NCBI GenBank assembly: GCA_964291675.2
Contig: OZ219865.1
Span: 384,001 to 448,000 of the forward strand
Direction of reading: 5' to 3'
DNA length: 64,000 nt
Origin: Alphaproteobacteria bacterium
Lineage (GTDB): Bacteria > Pseudomonadota > Alphaproteobacteria > MPNO01
Shown in pieces: positions 8,678 through 16,632 of this stretch; position 1 is the first letter of the stretch; every line of letters begins with the position of its first letter. The translations under genes were made by a program, and so were the position numbers. The notes beneath the pieces were generated by a model. It saw only the letters and a program-made list of their open reading frames with translations. It was not told the DNA's origin and did no database searches.

Positions 8678-9894
8678 GCGGGGCGCGCCCTCTCGCCGGC
8701 GTTCGCGTCCTCGACCTGACGCAGTTCCTCGCCGGTCCCTTCGCGACCCAGATCCTCGGCGATCTCGGCGCCGAGGTGATCAAGCTCGAATCGCCCTCGG
8801 GCGACTGGTCGCGCAGCCTGCCGCCGCATTTCGTCGGCCCCGACAGCGCCTACTATCTCAGCGTTAACCGCAACAAGAGGAGCGTGGTCGCCGACATGAA
8901 GTCGGCCGAGGGGCTGGCGCTGGTCAAGCGGCTGGCCGGCGCCTCGGACATCGTGATGGAGAATTTCCGCCCCGGCGTGCTGGCCCGGCTGGGGCTGGTC
9001 TACGAAGAGCTCGCGGCCGGGCATGCGGGGCTGATCTGGTGCTCGATCAGCGGCTTCGGCCAGGACGGCCCGGACCGTGACCGCCCGGCCTACGACATGA
9101 TCGTCCAGGCGCTGTCGGGCGGGATGAGCATGACCGGCGTGCCCGGCGAGCCCGCGGTCCGGGCGGGTATCCCGATCGGCGACCTCTGCGCCGGCATGTA
9201 CGGCGCCATCGGCGTGCTCGCCGCGCTGGAGGAGAGGCGGCGCACCGGCAAGGGCCGGCTGGTCGACGTGGCCATGCTCGACTGCCAGGTGGCGATGCTG
9301 TGCTACCAGGCGGCCTATTTCCTGCATTCCGGCGTCGAACCGGGCCGCCAGGGGCGCGGCCACGCCTCGATCCCGACCTACCGCTCCTTCGATGCCGGCA
9401 ACGGCAGCGAGCTGGTGATCACCGCCAACACCGAGCGCATGTGGCGGGCGCTCTGCGGCGTGCTCGGCCTGCAAGGGCTGGTCGACGATCGGCGCTTCGC
9501 GACCAATGACGACCGCTACGCCAACCGCTTCGAGCTGTGGCCGCTGCTCGAGGCGGCGTTCCGCGAGAGGGACGCCGACGACTGGGTGCCGCTGCTGCTG
9601 GAGGCCGGCATACCGGTCGGCCGGGTCAACACGCTGGGGGCGGCGCTGTCGAACCCGCAGATCGGGCACCGCGACATGGTGCTCGATCTCGCCGCGCGCG
9701 ACGGGCGCCGGGTGCGGGTCGCCGGCAACCCGATCAAGTTCGCCGACGGCGCGCCGCCGGACGCCGCCTTCCCGCCGCTGCTCGGCGAGGATACCCGGGC
9801 GGTGCTCGCCGGCGTGCTCGGGCTGAGCGGCGCGGAGATCGAGGCGGCGCTGGCGGCGGGCATCGTCAGCGAACCGGAGGAGGGAACGACATGA
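8674..9894 (+). CDS. Family III CoA transferase (CaiB/BaiF)
   Basis: PLAGVRVLDLT, NRNKRS, ENFRPG and SGFGQDGP motifs; GTG start overlaps previous stop. Confidence 0.93.
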   Translation: MSGARPLAGVRVLDLTQFLAGPFATQILGDLGAEVIKLESPSGDWSRSLPPHFVGPDSAYYLSVNRNKRSVVADMKSAEGLALVKRLAGASDIVMENFRPGVLARLGLVYEELAAGHAGLIWCSISGFGQDGPDRDRPAYDMIVQALSGGMSMTGVPGEPAVRAGIPIGDLCAGMYGAIGVLAALEERRRTGKGRLVDVAMLDCQVAMLCYQAAYFLHSGVEPGRQGRGHASIPTYRSFDAGNGSELVITANTERMWRALCGVLGLQGLVDDRRFATNDDRYANRFELWPLLEAAFRERDADDWVPLLLEAGIPVGRVNTLGAALSNPQIGHRDMVLDLAARDGRRVRVAGNPIKFADGAPPDAAFPPLLGEDTRAVLAGVLGLSGAEIEAALAAGIVSEPEEGTT

Positions 9895-10613
9895 CCGGCG
9901 AGACAATCGCCCTGCAACGGGACGGCGAGATCGCCCGCGTGCGGATCGACCGGCCGGACGCCGGCAACACGATGTCGGCCGGGATGATCGCGGAGCTCAC
10001 CCGGCTGCTGAACGAGGCCGGGTCGGACCCTGCGCTGAAGGCCATCGTGCTGACCGGGGCGGGCGAGGATTTCTGTCTCGGGCGCGAGCCCGGTGCCGGC
10101 GGAGCCAGCCGCACCGCGCTGGAGATGCGCGAGTCGCTGACCGGCCCCATCCTCGGCCTCTACGCCGCGGTGCGCGGCGCCGAGATCCCCGTCGTCGCCT
10201 CGGTGCAGGGCCGGGCCGCCGGGTTCGGCTGCGCGACGGCGGCGGTGTGCGATCTCACCATCGCCGCCGCCGACGCCGCGTTCAGCCTGCCCGAGATGAC
10301 GCACGACCTGCCGCCGACGCTCGCGATGTGCGCCCATATCGACCGGACCATGCCGAAGGCGATCGCCTGGCTGGTCTACTCGACGGAGAGCGTCGATGCG
10401 GCGACCGCGCGGACGCTCGGCTTCGTCAGCCACGTCGTCCCGGCGGCATCGCTGGAGCAGGAAACCGAAGCCCTGCTGGCGACGCTCACGGCGCGGCGGC
10501 GCGATGCGCTGATCACCTGCAAGCGCTTCCTCGCCAATGCGCGGCTGATGGAGACCGACAAGGCCGCCGATTACGCCGGCAACGTGCTGTCGGTGATCCT
10601 GTCGTCGCGCTGA
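9891..10613 (+). CDS. Enoyl-CoA hydratase/isomerase (crotonase) family protein
   Basis: LTGAGEDFCLG, PVVASVQGRAAGFG and FSLPE motifs. Confidence 0.88.
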   Translation: MTGETIALQRDGEIARVRIDRPDAGNTMSAGMIAELTRLLNEAGSDPALKAIVLTGAGEDFCLGREPGAGGASRTALEMRESLTGPILGLYAAVRGAEIPVVASVQGRAAGFGCATAAVCDLTIAAADAAFSLPEMTHDLPPTLAMCAHIDRTMPKAIAWLVYSTESVDAATARTLGFVSHVVPAASLEQETEALLATLTARRRDALITCKRFLANARLMETDKAADYAGNVLSVILSSR

Positions 10614-11737
10614 GCGGTATCGAGCACCCGGTCGAGGATCCAGTTGTCGACCGCGTGAACCCCGGCCTCGCGGTGGCTGAACCGGCCGGGCCGCGCATGC
10701 GGCGAGGCGAGGCCCTGCTGCTGCATCTCGGTCGCGCGGTTGTCCTCGGGGTGCGACGCGTCGGTCCGGGCGATGTAGTCCGCCACGATCGCCGCGAAAT
10801 CGGCCCGCTCGGTCACCGTCTCCGGGAAGCAGAGCCCGGTCAGCACCCGGGTGCGGTCTGCGGCCAACGGACGGAACGACATCCACCACATGCAGTCGAC
10901 CGTGAAGACCAGGAACGAGGCCGGGTAGAGGCCGATGAAATAGGTGCCCTCGGCCGCGCGGCCGTCGAGCGCGGGGATCGGCGGCAGCGTCTCCGCCGCG
11001 CCGAGCCGGGCGGCGATCGATCCCCGGTGCCCGAACCAGGAGCCGGACCAGTGCCCGGACGCCGCGAGCTGTTCCGGCAGCTGGTCGGCCAGCGTGCCGC
11101 GGTGGACGACGGCGACATGGTAGCTCTCGCGCTGGTTCTCCAGGCAGAGCTTCCAGTTGCAGGCCACGTCGTAGGCCCGCCGGTGGACGCAGGTCATGTG
11201 CTCCGCCCGGTGCGAGCGGAGGTATTCGGGAAGATTGCCCAAATGTTCGTCGAGCCCCGCACCTTCGGCTGAGAAGTCGAGAAAGACGAACCCGGCCCAT
11301 TCGGCCAGGCGGAGCGGCACCAGCCCGTACCCGGCGGGGTCGAAATTCTCCGCCCGTTCCATCCCGGCCGCCGCGACAAGTCTGCCGTCGAGCGCGTAGC
11401 TCCAGCCGTGATAGGGGCAGGAGATCGCCTTGGCATTGCCGCTGCCCGAGACCAGCCGGGAGCCGCGATGCCGGCAGGTATTGGCGAAGGCGCGGAGCGC
11501 CCCGTCCGCGCCGCGCAGCACGATCGCCGGCATCCCCGCGAGGTCGACGGTACAATAGTCGCCCGGCCCGGGGATGTCCCCGGCGCGGCAGGCGAGGTTC
11601 CAGTGCACCCGGAATATCCGCTCCCGCTCGCGCGCGTAGAACGCCGGGTCCGTGTAGCAGTCGGGCGGCAGCGTCTCGGCTTCGAGCAAAGGCAGGCGCA
11701 CCTTGGCGTAGCGCGCCGGGTCGAACGGCCCGGTCAA
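10571..11737 (-). CDS. Rieske non-heme iron oxygenase alpha subunit (choline monooxygenase/CntA-like group)
   Basis: CRHRG...CPYHGW Rieske motif; NWK..ENQRESYHVAVVH iron-site motif; ED...EMQQQGL; TTG start overlapping upstream TGA. Confidence 0.9.
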   Translation of the reverse strand: MTGPFDPARYAKVRLPLLEAETLPPDCYTDPAFYARERERIFRVHWNLACRAGDIPGPGDYCTVDLAGMPAIVLRGADGALRAFANTCRHRGSRLVSGSGNAKAISCPYHGWSYALDGRLVAAAGMERAENFDPAGYGLVPLRLAEWAGFVFLDFSAEGAGLDEHLGNLPEYLRSHRAEHMTCVHRRAYDVACNWKLCLENQRESYHVAVVHRGTLADQLPEQLAASGHWSGSWFGHRGSIAARLGAAETLPPIPALDGRAAEGTYFIGLYPASFLVFTVDCMWWMSFRPLAADRTRVLTGLCFPETVTERADFAAIVADYIARTDASHPEDNRATEMQQQGLASPHARPGRFSHREAGVHAVDNWILDRVLDTAQRDDRITDSTLPA

Positions 11738-12468
11738 TGGATCGCGGCGAAGGCGGGGTCGTCGGCGTCGAAGGCGGGCAGCACGAGTCCCAGCTTCCCT
11801 TCGACGACGGCGCGGGCGCGGCCGACATAGTCCTCGCGCATCGCCTCGTTGGTCCGCTTCTTGATGCCCCATCTGCGGTAGAGCGCGTTGTTGCGCGAGC
11901 CCGAGCGCCCGAAGAAGGGCGGGAACAGGGGGAAGATCCGGTCGACATGGGCCTGGATCAGCGCCTTCCCCTCCTCGGTCTGGCAGATGTCTGTGCAAAA
12001 ATTCTCGCCGAACTCGGCATGGAAGTGCTCTTCCGGCATCGTCATCCGTGCCAGCCTTCGCACCGGGTGGAAAGAGCACTGCACAAGGTCCTCGACCTGA
12101 AGGATTTCCGCGAGGTCGCCCAGCATCTTGATGACGCAGAACTCCTCCCAGGTCTGCAGGTCGAAGCTCATCACCGAGAGCGGGCTCTTCTCGGTCGTCT
12201 CGGGCAGCATGCGCTCCTCGGGGATGCCCATCTCGCGGCCGAGCTCGAAGAAGCGGTAGTGGTGGCCGTACTCCTCCATCACGATCCGGCAGGTCAGCCA
12301 CTTGGCGTAGGGCGTCGGCGCGAGCGCGATCGCCGGTTCGTCGTAGACCCGGGAGCCGTGCAGCTCGTTGATCGCATGGCTGACGACGATCTTGCGGCAG
12401 CACTCCCGGTACTCCTCCGGCGCGCCGCGAAAGGCTTCCACGCTCTCGATCTGCGGAAAATCGCTCAT
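11734..12468 (-). CDS. Ferritin-like diiron protein, PaaA/PaaC (acyl-CoA epoxidase) family
   Basis: INELHG...APT...EEYGH and EEHFH (two ExxH motifs); WGIKKRTNEAMR resembles the PaaA C-terminal segment. Confidence 0.8.
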   Translation of the reverse strand: MSDFPQIESVEAFRGAPEEYRECCRKIVVSHAINELHGSRVYDEPAIALAPTPYAKWLTCRIVMEEYGHHYRFFELGREMGIPEERMLPETTEKSPLSVMSFDLQTWEEFCVIKMLGDLAEILQVEDLVQCSFHPVRRLARMTMPEEHFHAEFGENFCTDICQTEEGKALIQAHVDRIFPLFPPFFGRSGSRNNALYRRWGIKKRTNEAMREDYVGRARAVVEGKLGLVLPAFDADDPAFAAIH

Positions 12469-13502
12469 GCCGCCCCCCGGCCCGGCTTCTCGGCCTCAGT
12501 ATAGAACGCATCGGCATGGCAGTCCCGGCGGGCGAGGCCGAGGGCCAGCAGGCGCTCGGTGCAGGTCTCGACCATCGCCGGCGGGCCGGCGAGATAGGCC
12601 TTGAACCCGTCGAGATCGTCGAAATCCGCCGCCAGCGCGTCGGCGAGCCAGCCGGTGCGGCGTCCGGTCGGCCCGTCCGGCTCCGACAGGACGGTGACCG
12701 CGCGCAGATTGGGGTGCCGTGCCGCGAGCGCCTGGAAATGAGCTTCCAGATAGACGTCGCGCTCCGCCCGGGCGCCGAAATAGAGGAACATCTCCTGCCG
12801 GGCGCCGCCGGCGAGCGCGCTGTCGGCGATCGACTTGATCGGGGCGAGGCCGGACCCGCCGGCGACCAGCAGTATCGGCCCGCGGTGGCGCTTGCGGTAA
12901 TGCGCCGTTCCCATCGGACCCGCGACCGCGACCGGATCGCCGGTCCTCAGCGTGTCGAGGACATGGCGGGTGACCAGACCGCCGGGCGCCAGGCGGACGT
13001 GGAATTCGAGCCGCTCGTCGCCGGGTTGCGAGGCCATGGAAAAATCCCGCGGTGGCAGCCCGTCGAAGGCGAGCGCGGCGTATTGCCCGGCGGTGAAGTC
13101 GAACGGCCCGCCGCTCTCGATGTCGAGCGCGAGAATCCGGATGTCGCGCGTCGCGCGTTCGATCGCCGCGACCCGGCAGGCGAGGCGTCGGCTCGCGTGC
13201 ACCGCCTCTTCGTCCGCCCCCACGGGCTCGACCGCGCAGTCCGACCACGGCACCGCGCGGCAGGCGAGGATCAGCCCGCGCCCGCGCTCCTCGTCGTTCA
13301 GCGCGTAAGCCGAATAGGGCGACATCTCGACCTCGCCCGCGGCCAGATGCGACTTGCAGCCGCCGCAATTGCCCGACCGGCAGCCATGCGGATAGTCGAT
13401 CCCAGCTTCCAGCGCGGTCTCGAGGATGGTGCGGCCGGTCGGCACCTCGAACTCCGCCCAGGATTCCCCGCCGGGGTTGTTCAGACTGACGCGATAGGTC
13501 AT
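12465..13502 (-). CDS. 2Fe-2S ferredoxin:FAD/NAD(P)H oxidoreductase (oxygenase reductase, N-terminal ferredoxin)
   Basis: CRSGNCGGCK...LAC, RDFSMAS, AGGSGLAPI and YLAGPP motifs; ATG 13502 with AGGAGG RBS. Confidence 0.9.
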   Translation of the reverse strand: MTYRVSLNNPGGESWAEFEVPTGRTILETALEAGIDYPHGCRSGNCGGCKSHLAAGEVEMSPYSAYALNDEERGRGLILACRAVPWSDCAVEPVGADEEAVHASRRLACRVAAIERATRDIRILALDIESGGPFDFTAGQYAALAFDGLPPRDFSMASQPGDERLEFHVRLAPGGLVTRHVLDTLRTGDPVAVAGPMGTAHYRKRHRGPILLVAGGSGLAPIKSIADSALAGGARQEMFLYFGARAERDVYLEAHFQALAARHPNLRAVTVLSEPDGPTGRRTGWLADALAADFDDLDGFKAYLAGPPAMVETCTERLLALGLARRDCHADAFYTEAEKPGRGAA

Positions 13503-13578
13503 TCCTCCTATATCGAGCCCGGCGGCGGCGATGTCCACCGGCCGGGCCGGCAGACGGAACGCCGACAGGAGGACAGAC

Positions 13579-14577
13579 ATGGAGGGCACCCCGTTTTCAC
13601 TCGCCACATTCGCCGGCGGACCGGCGGGACCGTTCGCGGCGATCGTGTTGGGCGGGACGGCGTTCTCCGTCGCCGGCGTCTATCCCGACTATCGCGACAG
13701 CGCGCGCGGGCGGGCCGGACCGCTGACCGCGACCGGCAGCATCCAGGACATGCTGGAGGGCTGGGACCACAACTTCCCGGTGCTGCAGGAAATCGTCGCC
13801 TTCATCGAGGAGGAGGGGGGTGAGCGCTTCGCTGCCGTCTCGGCCGCCGTCGACGGGCTTCGCGTGCTGCCGCCGGTCCTCCGCCCCGGCAAGATCCTGA
13901 ACGCGGCGCAGAATTTTCAGGAACATGTCGACGAGATGATCCGCGCCGGCAACACGCCCGAGGGCGGGCCGCGCTGGACCGGCGACCGGTCGGCGACGAT
14001 GCCCTATCTGTTTCTCAAGGCGTCCGGCGCGCTGGCCGGCGCCCGTGACGACATCGCCATCCCGCGCGGCATGGAGAAGATCGACTGGGAGGCCGAGATC
14101 GCCTGCGCGGTCTGGAAGCGGGGCAGGCGGATCGGCGCCGACGTCGCGCTCGATCACGTCGCGGGGTGGATGACCGCCAACGACGTCTCCTGCCGCGACC
14201 TCAACATGCGTCCCGACCGCCCGGCGCTGAAATCGGACTGGTTCGGCGGCAAGAGCCACAACGACTTCGCGCCGATGGGGCCGGTGCTGGTGCCCAAGGC
14301 GTTCGTCGCCGACCACATGAACCTGTTCCTCCGCCTCGCGGTGAACGGCGAGATCAAGCAGGACGGCAACACCTCGCAATTCATCTACACGCCGGAGGAG
14401 CAGATCGAATTCGCCTCCGGCATCGCCGAAGTCGAGGTCGGCGACATCTTCGTGTGCGGCACCTGCGGCGGCGTCGGCATGGGGACCGGCACCTTCCTGC
14501 AAGTCGGCGACGTGATGGAGACCGAGGTCGAGGGCCTCGGCAAGATGACCAACCGCCTGGTGGCGGATAGCGGTTGA
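13579..14577 (+). CDS. Fumarylacetoacetate hydrolase family protein
   Basis: IDWEAE, ANDVSCRD, GKS..FAPMGP and GT.GGVG motifs; AGGAGG RBS. Confidence 0.9.
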   Translation: MEGTPFSLATFAGGPAGPFAAIVLGGTAFSVAGVYPDYRDSARGRAGPLTATGSIQDMLEGWDHNFPVLQEIVAFIEEEGGERFAAVSAAVDGLRVLPPVLRPGKILNAAQNFQEHVDEMIRAGNTPEGGPRWTGDRSATMPYLFLKASGALAGARDDIAIPRGMEKIDWEAEIACAVWKRGRRIGADVALDHVAGWMTANDVSCRDLNMRPDRPALKSDWFGGKSHNDFAPMGPVLVPKAFVADHMNLFLRLAVNGEIKQDGNTSQFIYTPEEQIEFASGIAEVEVGDIFVCGTCGGVGMGTGTFLQVGDVMETEVEGLGKMTNRLVADSG

Positions 14578-14587
14578 GCCGCGCCGC

Positions 14588-14785
14588 CTATCGCACGATG
14601 GCGCCGCGGGGAACCATGGAGAGCGGGGAGGCCTCGGCGTTCTGGCCGTCGTACTGCCAGGGAGAGAAGACCTGGTCCGAGAGCAGCACGATCGCCACGA
14701 TCAGAGCGACGACGACGAGAAGCTGCTGGAAGCCGGGGCGATCGCCCCTTGGCGGCGACAGGAATGATTGACGCATTGGCTGCAT
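14588..14785 (-). CDS. Small single-TM hypothetical protein (65 aa)
   Basis: GGGGAGG RBS before ATG; hydrophobic stretch LLVVVALIVAIVLL. Confidence 0.5.
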   Translation of the reverse strand: MQPMRQSFLSPPRGDRPGFQQLLVVVALIVAIVLLSDQVFSPWQYDGQNAEASPLSMVPRGAIVR

Positions 14786-14930
14786 GCCTCCCCCGATGAA
14801 GATCGCCGGCGTCGGCACGGCAGAGTGAATATCTGCTACTTTCGGTAGAAATACAACATACTTTTGCGTGTGTTGCAGAGATATTTGTCGGCTCGGCCGG
14901 GCCGGGGGCGCGGGCGGACTCCGCTTCGGG

Positions 14931-15173
14931 CTAGCTGAACGCCTTGAAGGTGATCAGCGTGAACGTGTCCTTGACCCCGGGCAGGAGCTGGACCTGCTCG
15001 GTGACGAAGTGGCCGATGTCCTGGTCGTCGGCGAGATAGAACTTCATCAGGAGATCGAACTGGCCTGAAATCGAATGCACCTCCGAGGCCTGCTCGATCT
15101 TTTCGATCGCCTCCGCCGCCACGCCGTAGGCCTGGCCGAGCTCGCACTTGACCATGACGAAAATGGTCTGCAT
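14931..15173 (-). CDS. Stand-alone Lrp/AsnC ligand-binding domain protein
   Basis: MQTIFVMVKC...EVHSISGQFDLLMK...GVKDTFTLITF; no HTH. Confidence 0.88.
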   Translation of the reverse strand: MQTIFVMVKCELGQAYGVAAEAIEKIEQASEVHSISGQFDLLMKFYLADDQDIGHFVTEQVQLLPGVKDTFTLITFKAFS

Positions 15174-16531
15174 CAGCCCGTCTCTCCGGTCCCGCCCGGG
15201 CGCAGCAGGAAGGCGGGCACGTGGCCGCCCATGCCGACCACCGAATCGGCGGGCTCCTTCTTGCCCGGCCTGCGCCGCTCGCGTCTGGGAGGGGCGGCTT
15301 TCGGTTCCGCGACGGCTGCCGCATTCTTCTCGGACTTCGCCTTCGCCTTGCCCTTGGACGAGCGCGGCTTGCGGGTCCGCTTCGCCGCCGGCTTGCCGAG
15401 CTCGCCGCGTTCGAGCCCGGCGACCTCGAACCCGGGTATCTCCTTGCCGATCAACCTGGCGATGGCGGAAACCGCTTCGGCATCCCCCGGAGTCGCGATG
15501 GTGAAGGCGCGGCCCTCCTTGCCGGCCCGGCCGGTGCGTCCGATGCGGTGGATGTAGTCCTCGGGGTTGTAGGGGACGTCGAAGTTGAAGACATGGGACA
15601 GATCGACGATATCCAGCCCGCGCGCGGCGACGTCGCTGGCGACCAGGATGCGTATCTCGTTGTTGCGGAACGCCTCCAGGGTCTGGAGGCGGACCGGCTG
15701 CGCCATGTCGCCGTGCAGCGCGGCGACCGCGAAGCCGTGTTTCCTGAGCGAGCGGTATAGAATGTCGACATCGCGCTTGCGGTTGCAGAAGACGAGCGCG
15801 TTCTGCACGTCCTCGCTCTCGACGATGCGGCGCAGCGCCTTCCGCTTGTCGCCGGCCTCGACCACGGCAAGGCGCTGGATCACCGTCTCCGCCGGGCTCG
15901 CCGGCGGGTCGACGTGGATTTCCCTGGGGTTCATCAGGAAGGCGTCGGCGAGGCGGCGGATCTCCGCCGGCATGGTCGCCGAGAAGAACAGGGTCTGGCG
16001 GATCTTCGGCAACTGTCCGACGATTTTCTCCACGTCGGGGATGAAACCCATGTCGAGCATCCGGTCGGCCTCGTCGATCACCAGGACCTTGATGTCGCTC
16101 AACAGGATGCGGCCGCTCTCGTAATGATCGATCAGCCGGCCCGGCGTGGCGATCAGCACGTCGACGCCGCGGCCCAGCTTCTTCGACTGCTCGTCCATCG
16201 AGACGCCGCCGATCAGCAGCGCCTGGGAGAGCTTGTGGAACTTGCCGTACTCGTCGAAGTTCTTCGAGATCTGCATCGCGAGTTCGCGCGTCGGCGTCAG
16301 GATCAGCGAACGCGGCATGCGCGCCCGGGCCCGCCCGGATGACAGGATCTCGATCATCGGCAGCACGAAGGAGGCGGTCTTGCCGGTCCCCGTCTGGGCG
16401 CAGCCCAGGATGTCGCGACCGGTCAGCGCGGCCGGGATCGATTGGTGTTGTATCGGCGTCGGCGTCTCGTAGCCGACATCCGAAATCGCCCGTAGGACGT
16501 CGGGGCCAAGCCCCAGCTCATCAAAACCCAT
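15173..16531 (-). CDS. rhlE: DEAD-box RNA helicase (RhlE-like)
   Basis: Q motif, AQTGTGKT, PTRELA, DEAD, SAT and HRIGRTGR motifs. Confidence 0.93.
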   Translation of the reverse strand: MGFDELGLGPDVLRAISDVGYETPTPIQHQSIPAALTGRDILGCAQTGTGKTASFVLPMIEILSSGRARARMPRSLILTPTRELAMQISKNFDEYGKFHKLSQALLIGGVSMDEQSKKLGRGVDVLIATPGRLIDHYESGRILLSDIKVLVIDEADRMLDMGFIPDVEKIVGQLPKIRQTLFFSATMPAEIRRLADAFLMNPREIHVDPPASPAETVIQRLAVVEAGDKRKALRRIVESEDVQNALVFCNRKRDVDILYRSLRKHGFAVAALHGDMAQPVRLQTLEAFRNNEIRILVASDVAARGLDIVDLSHVFNFDVPYNPEDYIHRIGRTGRAGKEGRAFTIATPGDAEAVSAIARLIGKEIPGFEVAGLERGELGKPAAKRTRKPRSSKGKAKAKSEKNAAAVAEPKAAPPRRERRRPGKKEPADSVVGMGGHVPAFLLRPGGTGETG

Positions 16532-16632
16532 TGATACTCAAGACAGTATGAAGGAAGGCCGCAGTTCTCTGCGGTTGCACCCCATTTGGTTCCCCCGGCG
16601 CGTTTTGTCAAACGCCGATTCGTCGAATCGCC

